A stretch of DNA of 63,040 nt, counting the filler, from Asterionella formosa (lineage: Eukaryota): the NCBI GenBank assembly GCA_002256025.1. It is 4 parts of 4 records of this genome, joined end to end, with 100 filler letters (N's around TTAATTAATTAA, not from the genome) between each part and the next. Parts side by side here need not be neighbours in the genome. Positions count along the whole stretch, not along the records: positions 31,584 to 47,265 come from NKIB01005323.1; 3 more parts are not named here. The stretch is one strand, 5' to 3'. Shown one piece after another: positions 34,353 through 45,360 of this stretch. Position numbers and translations under genes: made by a program. The number at the start of each line of letters is the position of its first letter. Positions within the stretch are counted from its first letter, which is position 1. The notes beneath the pieces were generated by a model, which saw only the letters and a list, made by a program, of their open reading frames with translations, did not search any database and was not told the DNA's origin.

Positions 34353-36404
34353 ATGAGTCGAGTAGCTAGGATACAGCTGAGGCGGGGACGCTTCAGAACT
34401 TTGAGAAAGTTGCAGCTGCTTTCTTGTTTATTGCTTGTCAATTTGCTCGGTCATCTTTTCCTAATGAAATTAGAATTTTCTATCCGGAACGAAAGTAAAA
34501 CCTTTTTTTTTGAAAGACTAAATCATTTTAAGCTGCAAAGTAATGACGTTACCACGCCTGACTCCTCCGTGCTGGTAGTCGTTCCCGGTATCGGTGACAT
34601 GAGAAGACTCAGGATCCTGAAAGCTTCACTCCTACAGCTTCGGCATACTTCTTCTGCCGTTTGTTTGGTTATTGTTTGGAATGCTTCGGCGATAGAGCAA
34701 GTTAAAGAAGAACTCCAATTTTGCCATGTCCAATATAATTCTGGAATGTGGACTGATCATATCAAATTGGTAACCAGTGACAACCCCACAATAAAATTTG
34801 GTCGTTTGACACACATTGCTATTTTAATTGATGATGTTGATGTCAGTAAAGTTCACTTCACCAAATTTTTGAATCTGATGAGAATTTCCGGATATGGTAT
34901 GGCCTCCGCTTCCTTTTCTCAGTGGCACTATCATGTAATGCATAGAAGAAGCGTCTGTAGTAGTCATCGATCGGATTATGCCGACATTCTGTTTTCTGTT
35001 TTCACAACTCCCACTTGGCTTTGTTGGCTAAGCTTGATAACTGAAGACAACAGAATAGGGTGGGGTTACGATCTTGTTCTTTCAGGAAAGTGCAATGTAT
35101 CTGTTGGTGTCATCGACGAGTTTGAGGCATTTCATGATGGGCAGTGTGAACATGGTGGTGACTGCACTCGGTCATATAATGAAAAACTTGCATTATCACA
35201 GCTCTGGAAGTTTGTTATCGACTCGACCACAGCCAGTAATGAAGACGAAGCACGTGCTTTTCTTGTTGAAATCACCGCTAACCGTCCCAAGAACTATATG
35301 CTCTGTGACTTTTGGAATCCGAATTTTGTCAAGACACTAAAGGAAAGTAACGCCATGAAATTTCATTTGGCAGATGACAGTTATTTTAAAACGATGAACC
35401 ATCGAAGTGGATGGGGACGCGTGATACAGTATTTGATTGATTCGAATCGTTTGGTTGAGAATTCTGAAAAGATCGATATTGATCGAAAAGGTGGTAACCT
35501 GACCGACATATTTTTTCTGGATTTCGTAGAGAAATATTTTGCATGGGACAAGAAAGAGACAGTGAGAATGCCATGGATTGGTATCATGCATCTCGCAATG
35601 AATCTTCCCGTACATATTCATCAAGCAATACGCCTAGAAAATACATTACAGAACATTAATTTTCTGGCAAGTCTTGAGCACTGCCTCGCTTTGTTTGTTC
35701 TGTCTGATGATGTCCGAACATTCTTGACAAAATATCTGAATTCGAATGGGTTTGGGAAAGTTGCTGTTTACTCAGTTCGACATCCAGTGACAATGGAAAG
35801 CAATGCTAAGAAATTCACTTTGCATGATCTTGACATTTTGATTGAGTCTTCAAGTGCAGGAGTTATCTTGCTTGGACAACAGTATAGGCGATTAGCCACA
35901 ATACACAATTTAAAGACAACACGACAGAAGTTTTGGCTACCAGGAGCACCCAAAGGCAGTGCTGAGGTAGAGATGATGAAAAATGAATTGCCCACTGACT
36001 TGGCAATAGATAATTCAACAACAATTGATCCCTCTGTTACGATGCTTTACACTTCAAATTTTACAGATTATGCCAATTTGTTAAAGCACAATATTGTCAT
36101 AATAGACCTTTGGGGGGCCACAGCTGATAATGCAATTCTGGAAATAATGGCTCTAACTATTCCTGCATTCGTGAGAAGACTACCATCAACAATTGAGTAT
36201 CTTGGTGACGACTATCCCATGTTCTTTGACAATAAAACAGATATTGAGCATGAAATTAATCAAGACCCAGTTCTTCTGATGAATCAATTAAAAAGAGCAC
36301 ACTACTACCTCCAAAATATAAAAATGGAGAAGTTGACACTTGAATATTTTTTGCGTTCTCTTCAAGATAATACCCTTTCATCTTTTAAAATTTCTGGTGT
36401 TTGA
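34353..36404 (+). CDS. Type II membrane protein with two putative glycosyltransferase-like domains
   Basis: 683-aa intronless ORF; N-terminal TM; ILIDDVD (DxD-like) and GWGYD in the first half; HRSGW...PWIGIMH...DNAILE...RLPSTIEYLGDDYPMFF in the second half. Confidence 0.7.
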   Translation: MSRVARIQLRRGRFRTLRKLQLLSCLLLVNLLGHLFLMKLEFSIRNESKTFFFERLNHFKLQSNDVTTPDSSVLVVVPGIGDMRRLRILKASLLQLRHTSSAVCLVIVWNASAIEQVKEELQFCHVQYNSGMWTDHIKLVTSDNPTIKFGRLTHIAILIDDVDVSKVHFTKFLNLMRISGYGMASASFSQWHYHVMHRRSVCSSHRSDYADILFSVFTTPTWLCWLSLITEDNRIGWGYDLVLSGKCNVSVGVIDEFEAFHDGQCEHGGDCTRSYNEKLALSQLWKFVIDSTTASNEDEARAFLVEITANRPKNYMLCDFWNPNFVKTLKESNAMKFHLADDSYFKTMNHRSGWGRVIQYLIDSNRLVENSEKIDIDRKGGNLTDIFFLDFVEKYFAWDKKETVRMPWIGIMHLAMNLPVHIHQAIRLENTLQNINFLASLEHCLALFVLSDDVRTFLTKYLNSNGFGKVAVYSVRHPVTMESNAKKFTLHDLDILIESSSAGVILLGQQYRRLATIHNLKTTRQKFWLPGAPKGSAEVEMMKNELPTDLAIDNSTTIDPSVTMLYTSNFTDYANLLKHNIVIIDLWGATADNAILEIMALTIPAFVRRLPSTIEYLGDDYPMFFDNKTDIEHEINQDPVLLMNQLKRAHYYLQNIKMEKLTLEYFLRSLQDNTLSSFKISGV

Positions 36405-36422
36405 ATCTCTAAAGAAATATTT

Positions 36423-36590
36423 TTCTTGCATATGTGAGAAGACTGCCATCAACATTTGAGCATCATGGTGAAGACAACCCCATATTCTTTTGACAATAAA
36501 GCAGGTATTGAGCATGAAATCAATCAAGACACAATAATGGAAAATTTGACACTTGAATTTTTGTGTTCTTTTCAAGATGATACACTCTTT
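36423..36590 (+). repeat. Degenerate tandem duplicate of the 3' end of the 34353 gene
   Basis: gtgagaagactgccatcaacatttgag... matches 36171 gtgagaagactaccatcaacaattgag... through to ttcaagat, with an internal deletion. Confidence 0.85.
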
Positions 36591-36741
36591 GTAATATAAT
36601 TATTTCAAGTCACAAAGTTTTTCTGTGACAACGATTTACACTGCTGGACCCCATTGGAAGTTATGGTGACTGAATTGTACTAAAGGAAGGTCCATGAATT
36701 TGGTAGAAGAGTAGTGTGAGTCAAATAGCATCTAGTTCAGA

Positions 36742-36870
36742 GTACAGGCCTCCCCTTGAGGTTGCTGCCCCCTCTTGCATTTTTTCATGGTGGAACCAAT
36801 TACCTAATAATTTTCTAGACATAATTAAAGTAATTTACTGTAATTCTGTTTTTTCTTGTAGGCACTGGTA
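36742..36870 (+). repeat. Dispersed repeat (probable transposon end), homologous to 47366..47497 reverse strand
   Basis: ggtggaaccaa..acc.aataattttct....ata...aaagtaa...ct.taattct.ttt.t..t.gtaggcact.gta shared by both copies. Confidence 0.75.
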
Positions 36871-38719
36871 TATAACTATTAAGCTACGATTTTGTGATTA
36901 TTACTGTGTACATATAAAAAAGTAGAGTGTGGAGGTAATGGTTGTGAGCAGCTGCAGAAAACTGCATCCTCATGTTGCAACCTTAACCATGACAAAAATA
37001 CAAATTATTGAGAACAAAGCTTTGCTGCTTGCTACGTACATTAAGCAAAACATAGAAAAATACAATGATGAAAGAGGTAAAGTAATTACACTCATAATGA
37101 AAACGAAAATTGAGATCGCCAATAGCAACATGAAGTTGCCTTTTTCTTTCACGGTGAAGAACTCTCTCATTTTCCACTTGAAGGAAATAGTTGTTGTATT
37201 GATACACATAAGAAAAATGTGCTCCATCCTGTAGAAAAGATAAAATTTAGGGAGGTCCGTTATAAGGGAAATCTCTTGATTTTCCTGCCTCCCTCCTTAC
37301 GTAAAATCAGTCAAATTCAGTCATGGCACTGCACATTGAGAGGGCCAGGACACTGAATTATAGGGTAACTGACACAAAAAGCTTAATAGTATTTTGGAAG
37401 GGGTAAAGAAAGTGATTAGTCACAATCCAAATATCCAAGGAGCTAGCATCACATTTGTTCCCTGCAGCTATAGCTACAATGTTCCTAGTAGTGTCTCAAA
37501 ACAATTCCCAAGTAGTGGGGACATTCTGTTGATTGTTGTGTATGCTTGCTTCCATTCATCTTCTCTGAAACTCAATACCTTTTGTACTCTACTCCTGTTC
37601 ACATTGTCAAACAAGAATCGCCAGTTGGAACATTCCACCAGCCAAAGCAGCAACTGAATGATTTCCAAAACAATATTGGAATCATTATAATCTACATCAT
37701 TTGCACCAACAACACGACTTGCAATGTACCAAGTTCCAGCACCACACCACACCACACCCAATGCAATTGACAAGTCAGGTTGATTGTCATCTCAATTTAA
37801 TGTCTTCTCAAGTGAACCCTAGTACTGTGTTTTTATAAAGTGACTCCATCACTGCATACAATCACATTTTCCACAATGAAAATGATCTTGATCCTGTTCC
37901 TTGAAACTTCATCCATCCAGGCGGGTCATCTTTCTCCTTCTCCTACAATATATGAACTTTCACACCATGCACACCAATGTCAGCAACAAAGTTTGCAATC
38001 ATGCCGGCTCTCCTTGCTTCCTCCACAACCACCACAAGTCATGTTCTTCCAGCATCATTGCCTCCCAAGCCGCTTTAACTATCAGTTGCTGCTTCGCCTG
38101 GCCTGATTGAACATTTCATTTTTTTGCTTCGATGACATGAATGAAGTGTAAGTTTACAATTGTTGATGTAAATGTATTGGCAAGTTTTCACATGAATTTT
38201 CCACTCACTCAATTTCTTTTTCATTCTTTATTTTAATCCCTACTTGTCAGTGTTGCTTCTTACCATTTGATTTTCATTTCATACTTTGGTTGCTTAAAAA
38301 ATCATCTCGAACTTTTCAATGCTTGTTACAATGATTCTTGTGTGACTATTTTTCATGCATATTTGGGGCTCCATCCATTTTTGTGATGTGGTTGATTGCT
38401 GTTGAAAGTTCTACTCCTGATGTTGCTCAATGGTCCCTGCTCAAACCTAAAATTGGACTGCCAAAAATTCCACTGTGCCCTTAATAAAAAATACTTAGTG
38501 ATACCAAAAATTACTTAGACACCCACAGTTCTCATCAAAAAAAAGGCAATAGCTAGGGTGGGAATTGCTGGTACAAGTACTTGTATACCGATATGTGACA
38601 TGACACACAATTATGGATGCTGCCGCTGCTGCCGCCTTGCTCATCAGTGGTGACAGGACTACTTTTTACATTTTACATTTACCATCAGTAAAATGTACTT
38701 TTCGGTTTTATCATCTTCT

Positions 38720-39767
38720 TCAATTGCCACTATAAGTAGGACGTCGGCCTTGTTGAAAGGCAGCAAGTCCTTCAAGTCGATCCTTGGTTGGCAATACTTT
38801 GGCATAACACTGTCGCTCTAGTTGCAATGCATCCCCCATATCTTTTTCTATCCCACCATCCATGGCTTCCTTGGCAGCTCGAATGGCAATGGGTCCATTC
38901 TGTGCCATGGCTTGTGCCAATCTATAAATAATTACAAAATTTATAGTTTACCATGATGTGAGCAAATATTCACGTATATATATATCAACAAACAAACACA
39001 CACACACACAGTACACAAACGTACTCCATTGCCTTGACATGGGCTTGACCATCATCAACCACATGTTGAAAAATCCCATACTCCAATGCCATGGAAGCAG
39101 TCAGGACTTGTCCAGTAAAAATCAATTCCTTGGCTCGTGCCATTCCAATCAACCGAACCAATCGTTGGGTCCCACCAGCACCAGGAATAATCGCCAAGGA
39201 AGTTTCTGGCAATCCCACCTTGGCCATGGTCCTTGATGCCACACGAATGTCTGTTGCCAAAGCCAATTCCAATCCACCTCCAACGGCAACTCCCTCAATG
39301 ACACTAATGGTTGGCATGGGCAATCTTGCCACACGATCAAATGTCATTCGCAGCAAATGTACCCATTGGTCGACAGCGTCTATAGTCGTCATGAGAGCAC
39401 GTTCTTGTAAATCAGCTCCAGCAGAAAATACTCGTGACGACGATGTCAACAAGACACATCGTGAAGAAGGCATGGAATCTAGTTGATCCAAGATTCGGTT
39501 CAGTTCATGAATCATGTCGTGTCCCATGGCATTGGCCTTGTTGGGACGATTCAATGTAATGGTGGAAATGACACCATTTGTGTTGGGTGGAAATGGTTCG
39601 TGAGTGACAAGAACTTGCGGCGGCGTTGTTGTATTTGTTGTTTGCCATCGTGAAGAGAGAACTTGGCCAAGGCTGTTTCGACTGCTGCGACAAGTTGATA
39701 TCCGTGACCCTTGTACTGATGACACTCGCAGGAGATTACAGAGTAGAGGAGAAATAGATTGATTCAT
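38720..39767 (-). CDS. Enoyl-CoA hydratase family, methylglutaconyl-CoA hydratase (AUH)-like, probably mitochondrial; exons 39767-39025, 38921-38720
   Basis: FSAGADLQER, GGGLELALATDIR, GLPETSLAIIPGAGGTQRL, CYAKVLPTKDRLEGLAAF; GT-AG intron 38922-39024 restores the frame. Confidence 0.9.
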
Positions 39768-41618
39768 CCTGCTTTCTTACCACAAACAACAGAGATGATG
39801 CAAATATCGGTATGCAGGGATTCACTTCTACCGGTATTCCCAGGGTACTATGTACCTGCTTCTACGTAGCATAAACTGGTTACCAGGTGCCAGTAGCTGG
39901 TACCAGGTACCTGGTACCTTGTACCTATGTAGTGGCAGGTCAGCCAGGAAGGTGCGGTAATTGCGTCTTCTGCGCGCTTTTTTGGTTTCAGCCCATCTGC
40001 AGGGCATTGAAGCCACAACGGACCAATGAAGTCAGCTGACTTTCTAGCCAATGGTTTTTTCTTAAGTAAATTCAAATCATAAGCTTGATTTCGAAAAGGT
40101 AATAACTGCTAAACCGAGTCAACTTACATTGAGCAAATTTTTTAGCAATGAGCAAAATTTTCGTGTACTTGGCACTTGTTGCATGAGAATAATACGACTG
40201 ATGTGTATTTGCTTCGCAGTTGTTACAACATTAACATGAATACTAATAATGAAGGAAAGCTCTGATACGGAGAAGAAGGTAATGAGGAGAGGCAACCCGC
40301 CGCTATCAGCGACATCAGTTTATCCTTCAGAATCAGACAAGTACAAGGGCAAGGACAAAGTGGGCAGTTACACCAGTTGTGTCAAAAATGGGGTACTAGC
40401 AGGGAAGCAGCAGACAAGAGAATGAACAGGAGTGAGACGGTGTGACGAGACAACTCTTTATATAGATAGATTGAAACAATTCTAAATTTAGAAGTTAAAT
40501 TACAATCCGTTTCCACATATTTTGGACAAATATTTCATAGAGATCATATGATGGTAATAATATGGCGATAAGATGAACAAATACACATTATAGGATGTAG
40601 CTAAGGTAAATCGATAATGGTCTTGTAAATACAATAAGTAATTCAGGGTCATGAGAAGAGCGATTGAAATTCAAAGAGAAGTAGTGATTTCGACTTGAGT
40701 TGTTGTTACTCAATTATGTATGATTACTCTGTGGTTACCGTTATGAGTCAGCCAATATGGATCAATATTAGAACAATATGATCAAACATTATAAGTATAA
40801 ACATGCTTATCAAAAATATTCATATATAAAGTATGTACCTGTAACACAAATAACAAAATGCTTATTATGCACAGAAAAATTCTGTCCCAGTTATCGTACA
40901 ATACCCCTGATCTTATATTTACAATACTTTTTATTTGCAGACGCATTTTTAACTGTTACTGATTTACATACCGGTATACACCTTTGTACGTGGAGTGATA
41001 TTGAAACTACATACAGAAACCTAGATTCAATATTAACGTATAAACACAAACCATGAGCATGCATGTTGGCATACTCCTAATTTATATATGTGTTTTGGCA
41101 TTGAGCAAAATTATGTCTACATTCAGCAACGTAGAAAAGTTTTTTGAACGTTTAAATATCATTTTTGTTTTTTAAAATGAAACTCCATCAATCTGGCGCT
41201 GATTCCTATTTAATTTAAATATTCAAATGGACACTCGAGTAATGGGAATTCATAGTACTAGGAAACTCCTTTTTCCCTGCCATTTTTACAACCCTAGCAA
41301 TGTTTTCTCCAAACTAGGGCCGGTGAAGCCAGGGCCGCAACGTTAAGAGGTTTACGGTGTATATATATAACGCAACATGCATAACAGTAGTCTAGTAATA
41401 CATCATCATTATGTTTACATTCATACATGGCCATCACTCTGGTAAGTACAAGACTGTGCACTTCTACATGTTCATATCAATGAACAAACAGCCTGTACTA
41501 ACTCATTCATTCTCATACCAGTGTACATCCATAGGATTAGTCATACTGTGTGCTACAGGTACACCCTAGAAGGGCTGGGTGTTCCAAAGGGATGACGCTT
41601 AGAGGCGTCTTCCCTTTT

Positions 41619-41636
41619 CCCTAACCCTAACCCTAA
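41619..41636. repeat. Interstitial telomere-like repeat (CCCTAA)3
   Basis: ccctaaccctaaccctaa directly visible. Confidence 0.7.
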
Positions 41637-41847
41637 CACTCGTGATTACATAGTTGTTTTGAATGACTGAAGGGGGGCCAAAGAATTAGATTGCATAGCA
41701 GGGTAAATATCCAGAAGAAGCACCATTACCCTATAATTGATAAAATTGCAGCTGGCATGATTGGGTGGGTTGAAACAATAAGGGTGGACTATACAATGGT
41801 TTTTGAACGTGCTAAATGGGGCCAGTTATTTGTTAGCACAATTGATT

Positions 41848-43153
41848 TCAAGGATTGTTTTCAAGAAACCTAAGGATTTCCTGTTGCCGTGCTGTGATGA
41901 AATCGGATTCAGCAAAGGAGGCAGGCGCAAAAAGATGTAGTTGTGACATAGATTCAACATCCAGTTGTGCGATGTTTCGTGCACAATTTATCATCCTCTC
42001 AACATCAGGATTCAATTTTTCAAATGACACATTAAATGCATTGGCATTGGCATGTCCATAAGTCCCATATTTGAAACGGTAGTTGTCTGGGGTGTTGAAG
42101 AAGTTTTGAAAGTGATATCCATTGGGGTTTGTCATATTGTTGTATGGATAATAAATTGTCCTGCCCGGACGTACAAGGTCCTGTATCTTGTACAATGGAA
42201 AGGGCCCTTGAGGTATTTTGGAAAAATCATCGTTCCAGCCATATCCAGGTAGTCTATCATTTGTAGGTCCCAGTGGGTAAGAAGGGATTCCTGAAGAATT
42301 TCCTATACGTTCGAAGCAATGGCCAATGAGCATCTGAGGTTTGAACCAGCCACAACACCGCATGCAGGAGAAAGTGCCTGCAAAAAACATGCCCTTTGCT
42401 ACTAGTCTTGATTTTGCGCAATCTGTGTCCGATCGCAACTCAGGGAAGTCACAAGACTGAGCGGCGAGGAGAAAGTCTCGCGAGAATGTTTCATCGGCGT
42501 CTTGAATGATTCCAATGTCATTTCCTGTCATACCATTTTGGATCCAGAATTCTAGAATTCTTTCCCTTTGAGCGAATTCTCGCATCATGGAATCATCATT
42601 TGAAAAATTAAAACTTTCCCAGATGTGTTGCTTGACGTGCACGATGGTCTCCGGACCAAAGATACCACCTAATAATAGTTTATGGAAAGGAGAATTCTCC
42701 GTAAATCGAAACTCTCGAGGAGATAAGTTCTGTGTTTGATTACTTTCATAAAATTGCAGAGCTTAGAATACTTAGCCATGAATCGTCAGCGAGAAGGGAT
42801 CCAACAAAAATTCTCCTCTTGTGACCACCAGCAAGAGGAGTGGTTCCATAGCGATGGCACCGAAGTTTTACCGCATTCCAATTATCCCCATCAGCTGAAG
42901 TAAGGATTCTCTTGAATTGACTAGCAAGCAATCTAGTGGAGAGTGGCTCATCAGCGAGAACATTCAGAAGTTGAAGAAGGTTCGTTTGGTGTGCATCGCT
43001 CGACTTGTTCTGGCTCAAGCGAGTACTGAATTCATGGTCTGCCTCAATTCCGGCAATGATGGAGTGGGCATTATTTGAATTCAGGAGGAAACTGAGGCGT
43101 AAAATAGAAACAATGCAAATGCAAAAAAGGATCGGTTTGCTGTATTTGCACAT
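41848..43153 (-). pseudogene. GT17 (MGAT3-like) glycosyltransferase, frameshifted near 42750
   Basis: N-terminal TM ORF ends ...DDSWLSILSSAIL*; the alternate frame continues YESNQTQNLSPREFRF...REFAQRERIL...IIQDADETFSRDFL...GYHFQNFF. Confidence 0.7.
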
Positions 43154-43541
43154 TTTAGTACTATGTCCCCTTCAATTATGAGCAGGTCCTGCAATCAGGC
43201 CTGTAATAATTCTACAGTTTTTGTCATTGCAATATCAAAAGATGATAAGCAAAATTATAATATTACAAAGGATATTCTTCTACGATAGGAATGTACCGGT
43301 AGGCAGATGTAGTGTAGCATATCAAGTACGATGGTACATACCGTACTGTAGTACAGTAGTGCATCACTACTAGTACATACATCACAGTACCATGTAGTAG
43401 TACAGAAGTACCACGGTTGTACAGCACTATCATCGTCGGGTACAAGGTTTACATACACATGAGGTGATCTGTGTAAAGTCATAACCTTCGCTGAAACAAT
43501 AATTGATCAAAGAGCAACAGCTATTGATCAATCAAACAATG

Positions 43542-43872
43542 TATCAATATGTCAAGGCATTTGGTTAGCATATTAGTTTTGATAACTAATATATGTGACT
43601 TCTATCTATGCGAATCTGACAAACAAATTTGATTACCCACACCAACACGGTCATTGATACATCAAAATTATCATCAACATAACAAAACATTTGATCAATA
43701 TATCAACAATTTCGGTTAACTGATTAGATTTGGTAACTAATATAAACGAGTTCTTATATATGCATAACCTCCTAACATGTGTATGCTAAAAACCTAACGT
43801 ACAAATTTTATTGATCATACAGACACTCCAATTGATACATCAAAATTATCATCAACATGTCAAAATATTTGA
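43542..43872. repeat. Two diverged AT-rich tandem units (~150-180 bp)
   Basis: attgatacatcaaaattatcatcaacat at ~43652 and ~43831; taactaatata repeated with similar spacing. Confidence 0.7.
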
Positions 43873-43918
43873 ATAATCAATAAGTTTTTAAACGTATGCT
43901 GAGTAAAAAGTTAGATCT

Positions 43919-45360
43919 ACATCTAAGCCGTGTATTACATGAAGTGACAATCGAGTAAATAAGCCTAGTTGATTTTGAATGGATCACATGAATTAGTTGA
44001 ATGCATCAAAATGCTTACTTGAATATATCTATATATTATCTGAATATATCACGTTAATTATTTGATCAGAGTATCATGCATGCATTCCTGATCATCACTA
44101 TATTACGTGATCACCTTCACATGATTATTTGAAATACTTCACGTTATTATTTGAAATACTTCAATTAATTCTGTAATTTAGTTCACATTGACTTGTATTT
44201 TTGTTCACGTAATTCTATAATATAGTCCATTTCACAACAGGAGCATTATTTTTAATGCATCAGTGAGTTGCGGTGCTGCCTGATGGCTGGCTAATGCCGG
44301 TGTCTTGCTGTCAATTTGACTGCTCCATGAAACAGTTGAATAGCACATGTGTGTGTTGCTTTCTGCTGTTGCTAGTTCTATTAAATTAATTACTGACACA
44401 CTGTTCTTTTGTAAATCTTTGCAGGTCAATGAAGAAGTCATTTCAAGGACAAGGAGGAAGCCAGTGTGATACATTCCTGTTGCGATTTCGCACCATGATG
44501 CCTGTTCAAGAATGAATAATTTTTTCATTCAGAATGAACGGTTTCTGTTTGTCTTGCATTGTCCTTGCTTGCTTACAGACGTCTCATAATGACTGCCTTC
44601 TCAAGACTGAAGATGCCATTCTGAAAGAACTGCTTTGTTTGATTGCACATCGAGATTTGTTTCCCATGTAATGTGAAATACCGGCAGTTGAATTAGAAAT
44701 CGACATATTTGATAGTACTTTTAAATGACGTTAACAAAACTACAGAATTACGTAAACAAATTTAATACATTACGTGAACTATACCATAGAATTACATTTT
44801 TTCATTCAGAATGAACGGTTTCTGTTTGTCTTGCATTGTCCTTACAGACGTCTCATAATAACTGCCTTCTCAAGACTGAAGATGCAATTCTGAAAGAACT
44901 GCTTTGTTTGATTGCATATCGAGATTTGTTTCCCATGTAATGTGAAATACCGGTAGTTGAATTAGAAATCAACATATTTGATTGTACTTTTAAATGACAT
45001 GAACAAAATTACAGAATTAGTACGTAAACAAATTTTATACATTACGTGAACTATATTATAGAATTAAGTGAACAAAATTATAAGGCAATGAGAACTAAAT
45101 TACAGAATTAATTGAAGTATTTCAAATAATTACGTGAAGTATTTCAAATAATCATGTGAAGGTGATCACGTAATATAGTGATGATCAGGAATGCATGCAT
45201 GATACTCGTCTGATCAAATAATTAACGTGATATATTCAGATAATATATAGTTATTTCCAAGTAAGCATTTTGATGTATTCAACTAATTCATGTGATCCAT
45301 TCAAAATCAACTAGGCTTATTTAATTGATGGTCACTTCACGTAATACGCGGCTTAGATGT
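43919..45360. mobile_element. Complete non-autonomous long-TIR (foldback/MITE-like) element, 1442 bp
   Basis: ~270-300-bp TIRs ACATCTAAGCCG...CGGCTTAGATGT; internal ~276-bp tandem duplication (starts ~44521 and ~44797); two further ends at 15388 and 16142. Confidence 0.88.

Noticed and set aside
37474..38140. Possible decayed Cys-containing gene or TE on the minus strand
   Set aside because: Many stops and no motif I can assign.
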